64,000 nucleotides of DNA from Candidatus Dojkabacteria bacterium (GTDB taxonomy: Bacteria; Patescibacteriota; Dojkabacteria; B142; OLB20), in contig DAOMOX010000002.1 in assembly GCA_035444565.1 (NCBI GenBank), forward strand, positions 211,207 through 275,206, read 5' to 3'. This document shows, piece after piece, positions 50,084 to 59,032 of this stretch. The translations under genes and the position numbers were made by a program. A model generated the notes under the pieces. The model saw only the letters and a program-made list of their open reading frames with translations. It ran no database searches and had not been told where the DNA came from. The first letter of the stretch is position 1. Every line of letters starts with the position of its first letter.

Positions 50084-50947
50084 CACAATTCCAGCTGTAA
50101 CACCAAGCACTCCTATCAACTTATTCATCCCAAGTTTCTCTCGGAATAGTATTGCAGAGAGCACTGTGATGGCTCCTATTGAAGCAGTATTGATAATGTT
50201 TACATAACCGACATTTGGAGTGTATTCGTAGGCGTATTGCATTGTAAGATTGAAAAACCCTGTTGTGATTCCCATCAGTATAAACCAGAAGTAATTGCTC
50301 TTGTTTTTCACATATTTTAATAATGTTTTATCGACTCTAACTTTGCGGAATAAATCAAAAGAGAATAACAGCCAGAGGAAAATTAATACATAATAACCTC
50401 TGATAAAAGGATCTACACCCTGATCGAGAAGCCACTTTGCTGCGAGGGCATTGGTTCCAAAAAGGAAAAATGAAATGAATGAGTCTCGAATCCAACCGTT
50501 TGATTCTTTTTTCTTTGACTCTGCCTTGTCTGATTTGATGATTAAAGCCAAAAACATAATCACGATGAATATCGCAATCACATTTTTTAATGTTAGTTCG
50601 GAATTAAATAAGAAAACTGAAGCAACTGCGGTATAGATAGCATAAGATTTTTGAATCATTAAACTATAGCCTGGGTTTGAAGCTTTTCGAATCCCTTCAA
50701 GCGAAAATATCTGCCCAAGATAACTCAAGAAAAAAGCCGTTGCCAAGAGAAACAAGATGTATTCAAATTGAAGTTCAGTGTTTCTTCTCTGGAAAACTGC
50801 TATAGCAATGAAGGTGAAAGCTGAGAAAGCCCACATATAAAAGTTATTCACACTTGATGGGACACCTTTCTTTTGAAGTACTCGTAGTGCTAGGTAAGTG
50901 ACTACCGAAAAAGCATACATAAGAAGTGAGTAGGTTATCCAGGACAT
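50069..50947 (-). CDS. polytopic membrane protein, probably DMT/EamA-like
   Basis: 292 aa with about 10 TM helices. Confidence 0.5.
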   Translation of the reverse strand: MSWITYSLLMYAFSVVTYLALRVLQKKGVPSSVNNFYMWAFSAFTFIAIAVFQRRNTELQFEYILFLLATAFFLSYLGQIFSLEGIRKASNPGYSLMIQKSYAIYTAVASVFLFNSELTLKNVIAIFIVIMFLALIIKSDKAESKKKESNGWIRDSFISFFLFGTNALAAKWLLDQGVDPFIRGYYVLIFLWLLFSFDLFRKVRVDKTLLKYVKNKSNYFWFILMGITTGFFNLTMQYAYEYTPNVGYVNIINTASIGAITVLSAILFREKLGMNKLIGVLGVTAGIVLLII

Positions 50948-50996
50948 GTTCAGTTAGTAATTTAGACGATTATAGCAGGGTTAAAACGATAACTAA

Positions 50997-51014
50997 AGGC
51001 GCCCTGTCGGGCGC
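50997..51014 (-). terminator. GC hairpin GGCGCCC-TGTC-GGGCGCC with U-rich 3' flank on the minus strand
   Basis: 7-bp GC stem. On the minus-strand RNA it is followed by UUUAGUUAUCGUUUU. It lies about 220 nt downstream of the plsC-like gene stop, so it may end that transcript or an unannotated short RNA in 51015-51232. Confidence 0.4.
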
Positions 51015-51232
51015 CTTAAAAGCGTAGAAGAATGACCCTACCGGGAATTGTCTCCCAGAAGGAGATCTCCCTTTGGTAGAAAACCTGGTTATGACCTCCC
51101 GCGGAACAATGTCGAACTCTTTGACACTTATATTCAATAAATTGAAGCGACTTCTCGGACTTCTTGATTTTCAAGTCATGTATGGACACCAGATCATAAT
51201 TGGTCACGAAAATAAATCAATTACAGCTTACT

Positions 51233-52003
51233 TTAAAGCCCACCAAAATGCTGTACGTAATACGATTTTAGTTGTTGACTAATCTCTTTCCCAGAATATG
51301 TTTTTAGATTTCTTAATTCATTATTACTTAGTTTATTGTATTTAATTGCAAGTGTTTTATTTCCTAACATCTTATTTAGTCCGGGAATATCAAGAAAGCG
51401 CACAAATTCCATAATACCTGAGTTTTCAATATTTACAAGGAATACTTGTAAATCGGGGTTAGTTATTTGTTTAAATAGAAAGCCTACCCCATCTTTCCAG
51501 TTTGTCCTATTGATTGTTTCGCCACCAGTCGGGAATATCAAAACACTACCGCCATTATTGATAATCTCTGCTGCCTTTGAAATCATTTGTCTATTCTTCG
51601 TTTTTGCTTGTTCGCGACTAATTTTCCCCTCAAATCTGGAGTAGTAATAACGGTATTTCCAGCGTTCAAACCAATGCGAGTGTTCTTTATTTGATAAGTA
51701 TGCGGTCAACAATCTACCTTTACAAACATCACCTAGATTTTCCCAAAATTTTATCCCAACCCAATGCAACCCTTTTTCTGGGATTAATGATAGTAAAGAA
51801 ACAGAATCAATAGAACCATGGTGATTTGAAATTATAAGTTTAGGACCATTTGTAAAAGTAGCTTGGTCCTCTACCTTAGTTTCGATTTTTACATTTAACT
51901 TAGCCAGTAATGATTTAAACCCATTGTTCAAGCCAATCTCTAACACTTCAGAATTTAATTCTTTTATCAGTCTGGGATTAATCGGATTGTCAATATTTAA
52001 CAT
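51233..52003 (-). CDS. lysophospholipid (1-acyl-sn-glycerol-3-phosphate) acyltransferase family protein
   Basis: Acyltransferase motif I NHHGSID (NHxxxxD) and motif III FPTGGET. Confidence 0.7.
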   Translation of the reverse strand: MLNIDNPINPRLIKELNSEVLEIGLNNGFKSLLAKLNVKIETKVEDQATFTNGPKLIISNHHGSIDSVSLLSLIPEKGLHWVGIKFWENLGDVCKGRLLTAYLSNKEHSHWFERWKYRYYYSRFEGKISREQAKTKNRQMISKAAEIINNGGSVLIFPTGGETINRTNWKDGVGFLFKQITNPDLQVFLVNIENSGIMEFVRFLDIPGLNKMLGNKTLAIKYNKLSNNELRNLKTYSGKEISQQLKSYYVQHFGGL

Positions 52004-52194
52004 CGTATTTTATTTAAATAACTTTAACAATATTAAAATATAATACCCTATTCATGCCTTGATACTAGCTCAACAGAAGTGATTTTGCAATGAAGGGAAG
52101 ACTATCCGTGAAGAGAAACATAATTATACAAGTAGAGAGTCCCACACCTAAGCAGAAATAATTATCTATAACAATGGATTGGCCTGAAGGGTGT

Positions 52195-52335
52195 GACTTA
52201 AGAGGATGGTGACCCTACCTACCTGCCGGCAGGCAGGCCGGGAATGGCCACAGGCCACAACTCAGGTTAAGTTCAAACTTCCTTCTGATTAAATCAGAAG
52301 TCGTTTTCACTAACACCTGGTATGTTGAACTCCTC
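52195..52335. ncRNA. GC-rich structured element immediately 3' of tRNA-Glu; candidate small RNA (SRP-RNA-like segments), strand unresolved
   Basis: A 140-bp island of roughly 55-60% GC in an AT-rich genome. It contains CAGGCAGGCCGGGAAUGGCCACAGGCC, reminiscent of the SRP RNA helix-8 region (AGGUCCGGAAGGAAGCAGCC), and a GNRA-like GGAA loop on the plus strand. There is no ORF. Confidence 0.25.
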
Positions 52336-52340
52336 CATTA

Positions 52341-52412
52341 TGACCCCTACGGGACTCGAACCCGTGTTACTACCTTGAGAAGGTAACGTCCTAACCACTA
52401 GACGAAGGGGCC
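52341..52412 (-). tRNA. tRNA-Glu (anticodon CUC)
   Basis: Reverse complement GGCCCCTTCGTCTAGTGGTTAGGACGTTACCTTCTCAAGGTAGTAACACGGGTTCGAGTCCCGTAGGGGTCA folds as a cloverleaf. The anticodon loop is TTCTCAA and the T-loop is TTCGAGT. Confidence 0.9.
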
Positions 52413-52435
52413 TCATTTCTTAATCTCTTAATTCC

Positions 52436-52810
52436 TCAATTTTTCAATCTCTCAACCTCTTCCTTCTTCACTCTAATCGTAACAGGTTTATCTTTCGGTC
52501 TAAACTTTTTTTCATCAATTGCTTGTTCGAAATCAATTCTCAGCTGATCAATTTCTTCTTTAGAGAGTGCTCTTTCTAATTTCAATGCCCTAGAAATAGC
52601 ACGCTTTTTTATCGCGAGATCAAATGCTTCCATAGTCATCGAAATATTTGCTCCCCTGCCTTCAAGTTTAGATCTTGGATCTACCTTAACAGCATTGTCT
52701 GAAGTTCTTACAAGTCTCAATAATTGATTTTTCGGAAGCTTGATACCAGTAGCAATACATGTCCTCATCGGAACGTGTTTTTCTTTTGCAATTTTTGTCT
52801 TTTTGGTCAT
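52436..52810 (-). CDS. ylxR: YlxR/DUF448 family RNA-binding protein
   Basis: 124 aa with HVPMRTCIATG and lying downstream of nusA, the usual arrangement. Confidence 0.8.
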   Translation of the reverse strand: MTKKTKIAKEKHVPMRTCIATGIKLPKNQLLRLVRTSDNAVKVDPRSKLEGRGANISMTMEAFDLAIKKRAISRALKLERALSKEEIDQLRIDFEQAIDEKKFRPKDKPVTIRVKKEEVERLKN

Positions 52811-52842
52811 TTTTTGATTTTAATTACTCTAAATAGAATAAT

Positions 52843-54195
52843 TTAATCTTTTACTTCCTTCTTTGTCTTTTTTGCTTTTACTGGCTTTTCCTCTGCTTCC
52901 TCTTCTTTTGATTCCTCCATTTCTCCATTCTCCTCTGTTTCTTCATTTTTTAATTCCTTAATTTCTACATTTTCTTCCGTTTCTTCATTTTTTAATTCCT
53001 TAATTTCTACATTTTCCTCAGTTTCTTCATCTTTTAATTCCTTAACATCCTCATTTTCCGCAGCTGGTTCCATCTTTGCTCTTCGAGCATCAGCTAACTT
53101 TTGTCTTTGTTCTTCGTCAAGTTGATTGTCATTTACTTTAACTGTCTCTCCTTGAATATCAATATTCCAGCTTGTAAGTTTTGCAGCTAGACGGACATTC
53201 TGACCATCTCGACCGATTGCAAGAGAAAGTTGTTCATCTGGAACTATGACCAAAGCATCTTTCTTTTTATCATCTTTTATTGTGACTCTTATAACCTGTG
53301 CGGGACTTAGTGAGTTTGCAATAAACTCGCTAGTATCTTCTGCATAAGCAATAATATCAATTTTCTCTTCATGATTACCGAACTTCAATTCGTTCATAAT
53401 CGCATTGATTCTGACACCTTTTTGACCGACACATGAGCCTATTGGGTCGACTCCTTCTACATTTGAGCTGACTGCAACTTTCGATCTAGATCCAGCTTCT
53501 CTTGCAATGGATTTGATTTCCACTGAACCTGAGACAATTTCTGGAACCTCAAGTTTGAATAAAGCTTCTAAAAACATAGGATCCGCTCTTGAGACTATTA
53601 ACTGCTTTCCTCTTGAGGTCTCTCTAATATCTTTTAACAATACTTTTAATCTGCTTCCACTTTTGTAAAACTCTGAAGGTATTCTATCCTCTTGTGGCAT
53701 AATCGCTGTCGCTCGTCTGATTTCGAAGATTACGTTATCTCCATCCATTCTTTGTACTACAGCGTATTCTATCTCACCGATATGGCCAGTGAATTCAGCC
53801 ATAACAGCATTTTTCTCAGATTCTCGAATTTTCTGTAAAATAACTTGCTTTGCTGCCTGAGCTGCTACTCTTCCAAAATCACCACTTGGAGTGATGTCTA
53901 CCTGAATATGGTCTCCGACTTTTAGCTTTGGTTCAATCTTAACAGCATCTTCAAGAGAGATCTGTGAATCAGTATTTGTAACCATATCAACGACTTTCTT
54001 ATCCGCAAATACAGAGATCATTCCGTTACTTTTATCAATATCAACAATAACAGACTCAACTTCCTCTTCAGGATAGTCTCTTCGAAAACCGGTCTGAATA
54101 GCTAGTTTGATTGCTTCTAGAACATCATCTGGATCGATATTTCTCTCTGCAGCTATTTGGTTGACTGCTACCATAAAATCAGTTTGTAATCCCAT
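52843..54195 (-). CDS. nusA: transcription termination/antitermination factor NusA with repetitive acidic C-terminal tail
   Basis: 450 aa with the NusA N-terminal domain, S1 and KH domains. The C-terminus carries 3 tandem 15-aa acidic repeats (EENVEIKELKNEETE). Confidence 0.95.
   Translation of the reverse strand: MGLQTDFMVAVNQIAAERNIDPDDVLEAIKLAIQTGFRRDYPEEEVESVIVDIDKSNGMISVFADKKVVDMVTNTDSQISLEDAVKIEPKLKVGDHIQVDITPSGDFGRVAAQAAKQVILQKIRESEKNAVMAEFTGHIGEIEYAVVQRMDGDNVIFEIRRATAIMPQEDRIPSEFYKSGSRLKVLLKDIRETSRGKQLIVSRADPMFLEALFKLEVPEIVSGSVEIKSIAREAGSRSKVAVSSNVEGVDPIGSCVGQKGVRINAIMNELKFGNHEEKIDIIAYAEDTSEFIANSLSPAQVIRVTIKDDKKKDALVIVPDEQLSLAIGRDGQNVRLAAKLTSWNIDIQGETVKVNDNQLDEEQRQKLADARRAKMEPAAENEDVKELKDEETEENVEIKELKNEETEENVEIKELKNEETEENGEMEESKEEEAEEKPVKAKKTKKEVKD
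52937..53068. repeat. three tandem 45-bp repeats inside the nusA 3' coding region
   Basis: tttcttcattttttaattccttaatttctacattttc(t/c)tc… occurs three times and encodes the acidic NusA tail repeats. Confidence 0.8.
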
Positions 54196-54390
54196 TTAAT
54201 TCATTTAAAAGTTAATATCGTAATGTAAATTTGTTAAAACAAAAGTGAGCTATTTAGCCCACCCCTTTAGTACAAATCTCTTTATTGATGATATCAAAAA
54301 ATAGGGAAATTTTAAAGCAAAAGGAAAGGATTAATATGAAAAGATTTAGAGATGTATAAATTAAGAATTATTCTTTTTTTATTTCCCCTT

Positions 54391-54471
54391 GATCCCGCCT
54401 TCAACATAAGGGCGGGAGGGATCTCTCAAAAAATAAATTCTGCTTTCATAGAGATCCCCACTTTCGTGGGG
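54391..54471. promoter_or_regulatory. two GC hairpins in the nusA upstream/leader region (also 3' of the SprT-like gene)
   Basis: Hairpins CCCGCC-N11-GGCGGG (54394-54416) and CCCCAC-TTTC-GTGGGG (54456-54471). On the minus-strand RNA the first hairpin read (CCCCAC/GTGGGG) is followed, about 15 nt later, by UUUAUUUUUU. No rimP ORF is present. Confidence 0.4.
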
Positions 54472-54490
54472 AAATTGAAATTCTTATTTT

Positions 54491-54949
54491 CTACATCGCT
54501 TCCCTCAAGTATTCCCTCCATTCTTTTTTTAACCACCGTTTGGAAAATTGATAAATCTCACCCAAATCTCTCTTGTACATATCCTTCCTAATAATCCCAC
54601 CTTTATGCGGATGATTGTAGATTTGATTTAGTGGTGAATGAAATCCATGTGAGTAATGAATCATTTCGTGTGAAATGGTCCCCAAAACAACTGTTTCAGG
54701 AATTCTTTCGTCTTTGAAATAACTAGTAATAGTTATTAAGCTTATACGATCATCGTCATACTTCTCATCTAAGTCTTTTAACAATTTTCCAATTCCTCGA
54801 GTTTTACGATTTGCCCAACTGATACTTCCAAGTTGTCGATATGACTTTTTACCAAATTTAATTAGCACAGGATTTTTTCGAGGAACGTCCACAAAATGGT
54901 TTTCCCACAAATCGAACATTTTCTCTGCAAGCCATGCATTGTCTCTCAT
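54491..54949 (-). CDS. SprT-like/YgjP-like zinc metalloprotease-domain protein
   Basis: 152 aa with an HEMIHYSH (HExxH) motif and a small-protein size typical of SprT/DUF45-like proteins. Confidence 0.55.
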   Translation of the reverse strand: MRDNAWLAEKMFDLWENHFVDVPRKNPVLIKFGKKSYRQLGSISWANRKTRGIGKLLKDLDEKYDDDRISLITITSYFKDERIPETVVLGTISHEMIHYSHGFHSPLNQIYNHPHKGGIIRKDMYKRDLGEIYQFSKRWLKKEWREYLREAM

Positions 54950-55057
54950 ATTATTTTTACTACTTTATTTATTATACATTTTTAGTAAATATACCATCAT
55001 TTAATCAATTCCCCTCAAGTATAAAACTGTTATACTAGAATGAATTAGTGAATCTAA

Positions 55058-55756
55058 ATGTTTCGAAAATTAAGGAGTATCAATTTAATATACAAAATAA
55101 AAAGAACACTTAGACCTAGCAAGAGATTACTAATTTCTATCTTTTTATTCCTATTCGGATTAATAGTGATACCTTTGTTTGTAGTTAATTTCTATGTGAG
55201 GAAAGAATTTCGAGAATTTATTTATACTGAAACCGAATTCCAAAATATTAGTGACACAAGAGTGGGGATAGTTTTTGGAGCAGGTTTGGATAAAAAAGCA
55301 GAAAACCCAAGCATCATTCTCCGGGACAGACTTGATACGGCTGTAATTCTTTACAATTCAGGCAAAGTCCAAAAACTAATTGTTTCAGGTGATAATCGTT
55401 TCGTAAACTATGATGAACCAACTGTAATGTATGAGTATTTGATTAAAGAAGGTGTTAGCGAATTCGATATCGAAAGAGATTACGCAGGGAGAAACACCTA
55501 CGATACTTGTTTTAGGGCGAAAGAAATATTTGGTGTTTCAGAAGCAGTATTAATTTCACAAGAGTTTCATTTACCCAGAGCCTTGTTTACTTGTCAAAAC
55601 CTCGGGTTTCAAGTCCAAGGAGCTTCTGCGGATAGAAATATCTATATTAAACGCTATTACAATAATTTCCGAGAGACGTTTGCGATGATTGATACATTTA
55701 TTAAAGTGTATATTTCTCCACCTGAGGTTGTCTTAGGGGAGAAAATTGTTATTTGA
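55058..55756 (+). CDS. SanA/YdcF (DUF218) family envelope protein
   Basis: N-terminal TM helix, then GIVFGAGLD…LIVSGDNRFVNYDEPTVM…. Confidence 0.75.
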   Translation: MFRKLRSINLIYKIKRTLRPSKRLLISIFLFLFGLIVIPLFVVNFYVRKEFREFIYTETEFQNISDTRVGIVFGAGLDKKAENPSIILRDRLDTAVILYNSGKVQKLIVSGDNRFVNYDEPTVMYEYLIKEGVSEFDIERDYAGRNTYDTCFRAKEIFGVSEAVLISQEFHLPRALFTCQNLGFQVQGASADRNIYIKRYYNNFRETFAMIDTFIKVYISPPEVVLGEKIVI

Positions 55757-55901
55757 GAGATGATTGTTGAAGTATTTCCTGCAGTTATTTCTCCAAACAG
55801 GCTTTTCGCCCTTACATTTCTAAACGACATATGAGTCATGCCTTCATTACATTTCGGCAGACTTTATTTTGCAACTTTTCGCTAAGCTCAAAGGCAAAAT
55901 A

Positions 55902-55973
55902 TGAGCTGGGCGGGGCTCGAACCCGCAACAAACGGCTTAAGAGGCCGCTGCTCTACCATTGAGCTACCAGCCC
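55902..55973 (-). tRNA. tRNA-Lys (anticodon CUU)
   Basis: Reverse complement GGGCTGGTAGCTCAATGGTAGAGCAGCGGCCTCTTAAGCCGTTTGTTGCGGGTTCGAGCCCCGCCCAGCTCA. The anticodon loop is CTCTTAA. Confidence 0.9.
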
Positions 55974-55989
55974 ATTAGATATAAATTAC

Positions 55990-56063
55990 TGCACCCGGAG
56001 GGACTCGAACCCCCACAAACCTAGTTCCGAAGACTAGTGCTCTATCCATTGAGCTACGGGTGC
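55990..56063 (-). tRNA. tRNA-Arg (anticodon UCG)
   Basis: Reverse complement GCACCCGTAGCTCAATGGATAGAGCACTAGTCTTCGGAACTAGGTTTGTGGGGGTTCGAGTCCCTCCGGGTGCA. The anticodon loop is CTTCGGA. Confidence 0.9.
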
Positions 56064-56099
56064 ATATCAAAATTTAGACTCAATATTTTCTTTATTAAA

Positions 56100-56540
56100 T
56101 TATACATACCTAAGTTTCCAACTTTTATTCTCAATTGCCGTTTTCCTTCTATGACAATTTGCACATCTTACATCGCATTTAGATATTTCAACTATCAACC
56201 TAGATATTGAACCCGTACTGTTAATTATACGACTTACTTCACTAACTTTGCTAGTCCTATCTTTGTGATCGAATTCAAGTACTAAAATATCAAATTCGCC
56301 ACAGTCTACACAGGGATGTTCAAATAAATATGTTGATATGTATTCATATGCTTGTTCTCTGACAAGTTTCTTCCTTCGAATAGATTTGTTCAGATAATAA
56401 TCTCTATTCTCCAAGTAGTGTTGTCGTATATATTTTCTAGAACATTCTCTACAATAGGAAGACAATTTTATATTTTTAAATTTCCAATTGAAGTTGTTTT
56501 TATTTAGGAGTAATTTGCACGATGCGCATCTTTTCATCAA
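56100..56540 (-). CDS. HNH endonuclease
   Basis: 146 aa with CxxC…CxxC zinc-finger pairs and an HNH core (VLEFDHKD…CANCHRRKT). It lies directly upstream of the tRNA-Arg/tRNA-Lys pair. Confidence 0.7.
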   Translation of the reverse strand: MMKRCASCKLLLNKNNFNWKFKNIKLSSYCRECSRKYIRQHYLENRDYYLNKSIRRKKLVREQAYEYISTYLFEHPCVDCGEFDILVLEFDHKDRTSKVSEVSRIINSTGSISRLIVEISKCDVRCANCHRRKTAIENKSWKLRYV

Positions 56541-56623
56541 AAAAGAAAATATATATCTTTATTATCTTCTAGTGGTTAAATGTTAAACATGCGTCAGGAT
56601 ACATATAAAAATCTATTGTTCTA

Positions 56624-56905
56624 TTATTCATCTGAGAAGTAATCCATCGATTCCGTTATTTTAGCTTCTCTTCTCATCCTCCATGCTGTAGGAAATGTGG
56701 CCACACCTAAAGCCAAAGTAGGGAACCCAAAAAATACACCAGTAAGAGGTGGGATTAATGAATCTAATTTACATCCCAGATATAAACCAGATGCTAATAT
56801 AGTACTACCCACTAGAGACATCACAACACTTGAAGTAAATCCGCGCGTAGATTCTATCTTCTTTGTACCCACTAAGTCTTGATGTCTTTTATCAGGAATC
56901 CCCAT
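56624..56905 (-). CDS. small membrane protein (93 aa)
   Basis: Two hydrophobic helices and no motif. Confidence 0.4.
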   Translation of the reverse strand: MGIPDKRHQDLVGTKKIESTRGFTSSVVMSLVGSTILASGLYLGCKLDSLIPPLTGVFFGFPTLALGVATFPTAWRMRREAKITESMDYFSDE

Positions 56906-56985
56906 TATTAATCAATAATTTTTTGAGAATATAAGCTGTTATTATATACTATGTTTTGAATCTTAGTTTTCAATGAATAATTCCT

Positions 56986-57915
56986 ATGTCAAATAAAACT
57001 CACGAACTCATAATTATCGGCTCAGGCCCAGCAGGACTTACCGCAGCCATTTATGCCTCCAGAGCAAATCTCAAACCTTTAGTAATTGGCGGATTGAAGT
57101 TTGGTGGTCAATTAATGGATACAACTGAAGTAGAGAACTTTCCAGGATTTCCAGAGGGAATCATGGGACCAGAGCTAATGCAGAAATTCATCGAACAGGC
57201 AAAAAGATTCGGGGCAGAAATAATTTTCAAAGATGTTTCTAAAGTAGATATACAAAGTGATATCAAGAAAGTATGGGTTGGAGAAGAAATGTATCAATCA
57301 AAAGCTATTATTCTTGCGACCGGTGCGCAACCAAAGAAATTGGGACTAGATAGCGAAGATAAATATTGGGGGAAAGGAGTTTCGAGTTGTGCCACATGTG
57401 ACGGAGCATTTTTCCGAGGTGTGGAGATTGCAGTGGTCGGTGGTGGAGATAGCGCAGTGGAAGAAGCTACATTCTTAACTCGCTTCGCAAGCAAAGTTCA
57501 TCTAATTGTACGAAAAGATTCTCTTAGAGCTTCCAAAATCATGCAAGACAGAGCAACAAATCACGAAAAGATCGAAATTCACTGGAATACTGAAGTCCAA
57601 GAAGTTTTAGGGGATGGGAATAAAGTTACTGGATTAAAAATATTAAATAATAAAACTAACAAAACTAGTGAATTACCACTAGCTGGGATGTTCTTAGCTA
57701 TCGGGCATATCCCAAATGTAAAATTAGTCGAAGGAGTTATTAATCAAGATGATCTCGGCTATTTAGAAACAGATTCTGGAAGCACATACACAAATATCGA
57801 CGGTGTATTTGTCGCTGGAGATGTTAAAGATCATAAATACAGGCAAGCAATCACTGCTGCAGGTATGGGCTGTATGGCAGCAATCGATGCAGAACGTTGG
57901 TTAGAAACTGCTTAG
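56986..57915 (+). CDS. trxB: thioredoxin-disulfide reductase
   Basis: FAD motif IIGSGPAGLTAA, redox-active CATC, and an NAD(P)H motif VVGGGDSA. Confidence 0.95.
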   Translation: MSNKTHELIIIGSGPAGLTAAIYASRANLKPLVIGGLKFGGQLMDTTEVENFPGFPEGIMGPELMQKFIEQAKRFGAEIIFKDVSKVDIQSDIKKVWVGEEMYQSKAIILATGAQPKKLGLDSEDKYWGKGVSSCATCDGAFFRGVEIAVVGGGDSAVEEATFLTRFASKVHLIVRKDSLRASKIMQDRATNHEKIEIHWNTEVQEVLGDGNKVTGLKILNNKTNKTSELPLAGMFLAIGHIPNVKLVEGVINQDDLGYLETDSGSTYTNIDGVFVAGDVKDHKYRQAITAAGMGCMAAIDAERWLETA

Positions 57916-57922
57916 AAGTTTG

Positions 57923-58984
57923 CTATCTCAGTCTAACTTGGATATTTAATAAAGAAGTTTTGGTGGTATCAGTGATATCATAAAATTCTACAATTCCTGT
58001 TTCGGCAGTACCACTCAGAGTTCCAATTTCAACAGTCTGATCAAATTTTACATAATCTTGAGAAGTATTATCAGATAACCCTTGAAGTTGTGATTCAATT
58101 ATTACCTTTCCCTCTGTATCAACTAGACGGACTCCAATTTTGTTGTTTTTGAAACCTTTCAACTCTCCAACAAAATCCAAATCAGTGGTGTTAACCAATT
58201 GATTTTTTACAGGCCCAATTACGTTAATCTTCTCTGCCACAGTACTTCTAGAGAATTTGAGTGAAACTGTTTTAGAGATTGGAGAATTTATGTCATCATC
58301 AGCTGGATATATAACCAAATATCCTACAGATACTGTCGGTGATTTTGTAATATCTATAACTTCATTAACAAGAGCTTTATTATTTACAAGAGCGATATCA
58401 TTTTTGATAAATCCACCAAGCTCTACTCCATTATCGTCAAATATTTTTACTGCAATTCTGCTTATCGATTCAACTTCAACACTTAAATCCACATCCCCAG
58501 AAACTTCCTGAAATTCTTCCGGTTTAATTGTCTTCATAGATTGAGTAATTGAAGGGGTAATTGTCCCATCACCTGGAATTGGCACTACGGTAACTGCTAA
58601 ATTTGTTTTTAACTCATCAATTTGTCTCTGTAGACTGAGTTGTCTGATGAAAAGTAAACCTACAATTATTATGACAAAAACAATTAAGTAATATAGATAT
58701 TGACTTTGACTTGTTTTTGATTTTACTTTTTCTTCTTCGAAGGACTGTTTAAAGACTTCTGCAAGAACCTTAGGGTCTGGTTTCTTTGTCTTTTCACTTG
58801 GTAAAATTTTTTCAAACTTAGTCCCAGGAGTATTTAGGTTCATGACATTCGCGTCATCAAAATGACTATCTGGTGACTGATCCCCTGTCACCTCTGGAGC
58901 CTGTTTAACTACAGGTTCGGCAACTGGTTCTGGAATCGAATCGTTACTAGTATTTTCGTTATCGAAAGTAGAATCCATACTCAT
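57923..58984 (-). CDS. bitopic membrane protein, unknown function
   Basis: 353 aa with an acidic N-terminal cytoplasmic region, one TM helix (YLYYLIVFVIIIVGLLFI) and a beta-rich exterior. Confidence 0.5.
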   Translation of the reverse strand: MSMDSTFDNENTSNDSIPEPVAEPVVKQAPEVTGDQSPDSHFDDANVMNLNTPGTKFEKILPSEKTKKPDPKVLAEVFKQSFEEEKVKSKTSQSQYLYYLIVFVIIIVGLLFIRQLSLQRQIDELKTNLAVTVVPIPGDGTITPSITQSMKTIKPEEFQEVSGDVDLSVEVESISRIAVKIFDDNGVELGGFIKNDIALVNNKALVNEVIDITKSPTVSVGYLVIYPADDDINSPISKTVSLKFSRSTVAEKINVIGPVKNQLVNTTDLDFVGELKGFKNNKIGVRLVDTEGKVIIESQLQGLSDNTSQDYVKFDQTVEIGTLSGTAETGIVEFYDITDTTKTSLLNIQVRLR

Positions 58985-59032
58985 GAATAATATATATTTA
59001 AAAGTTTAGCACAAAGAAATCAGGAGAGAAAT

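Noticed and set aside
51016-51282. The small ORFs 51016-51207(-) and 51073-51282(+).
   Set aside because: They are mutually overlapping, lack motifs, and lie in a spacer that ends in a terminator hairpin. Only the spacer is reported.
54352-54591. The plus-strand 79-aa ORF in the nusA leader.
   Set aside because: It covers the hairpin-rich intergenic region, overlaps the SprT-like gene 3' end, and has no coding signal.
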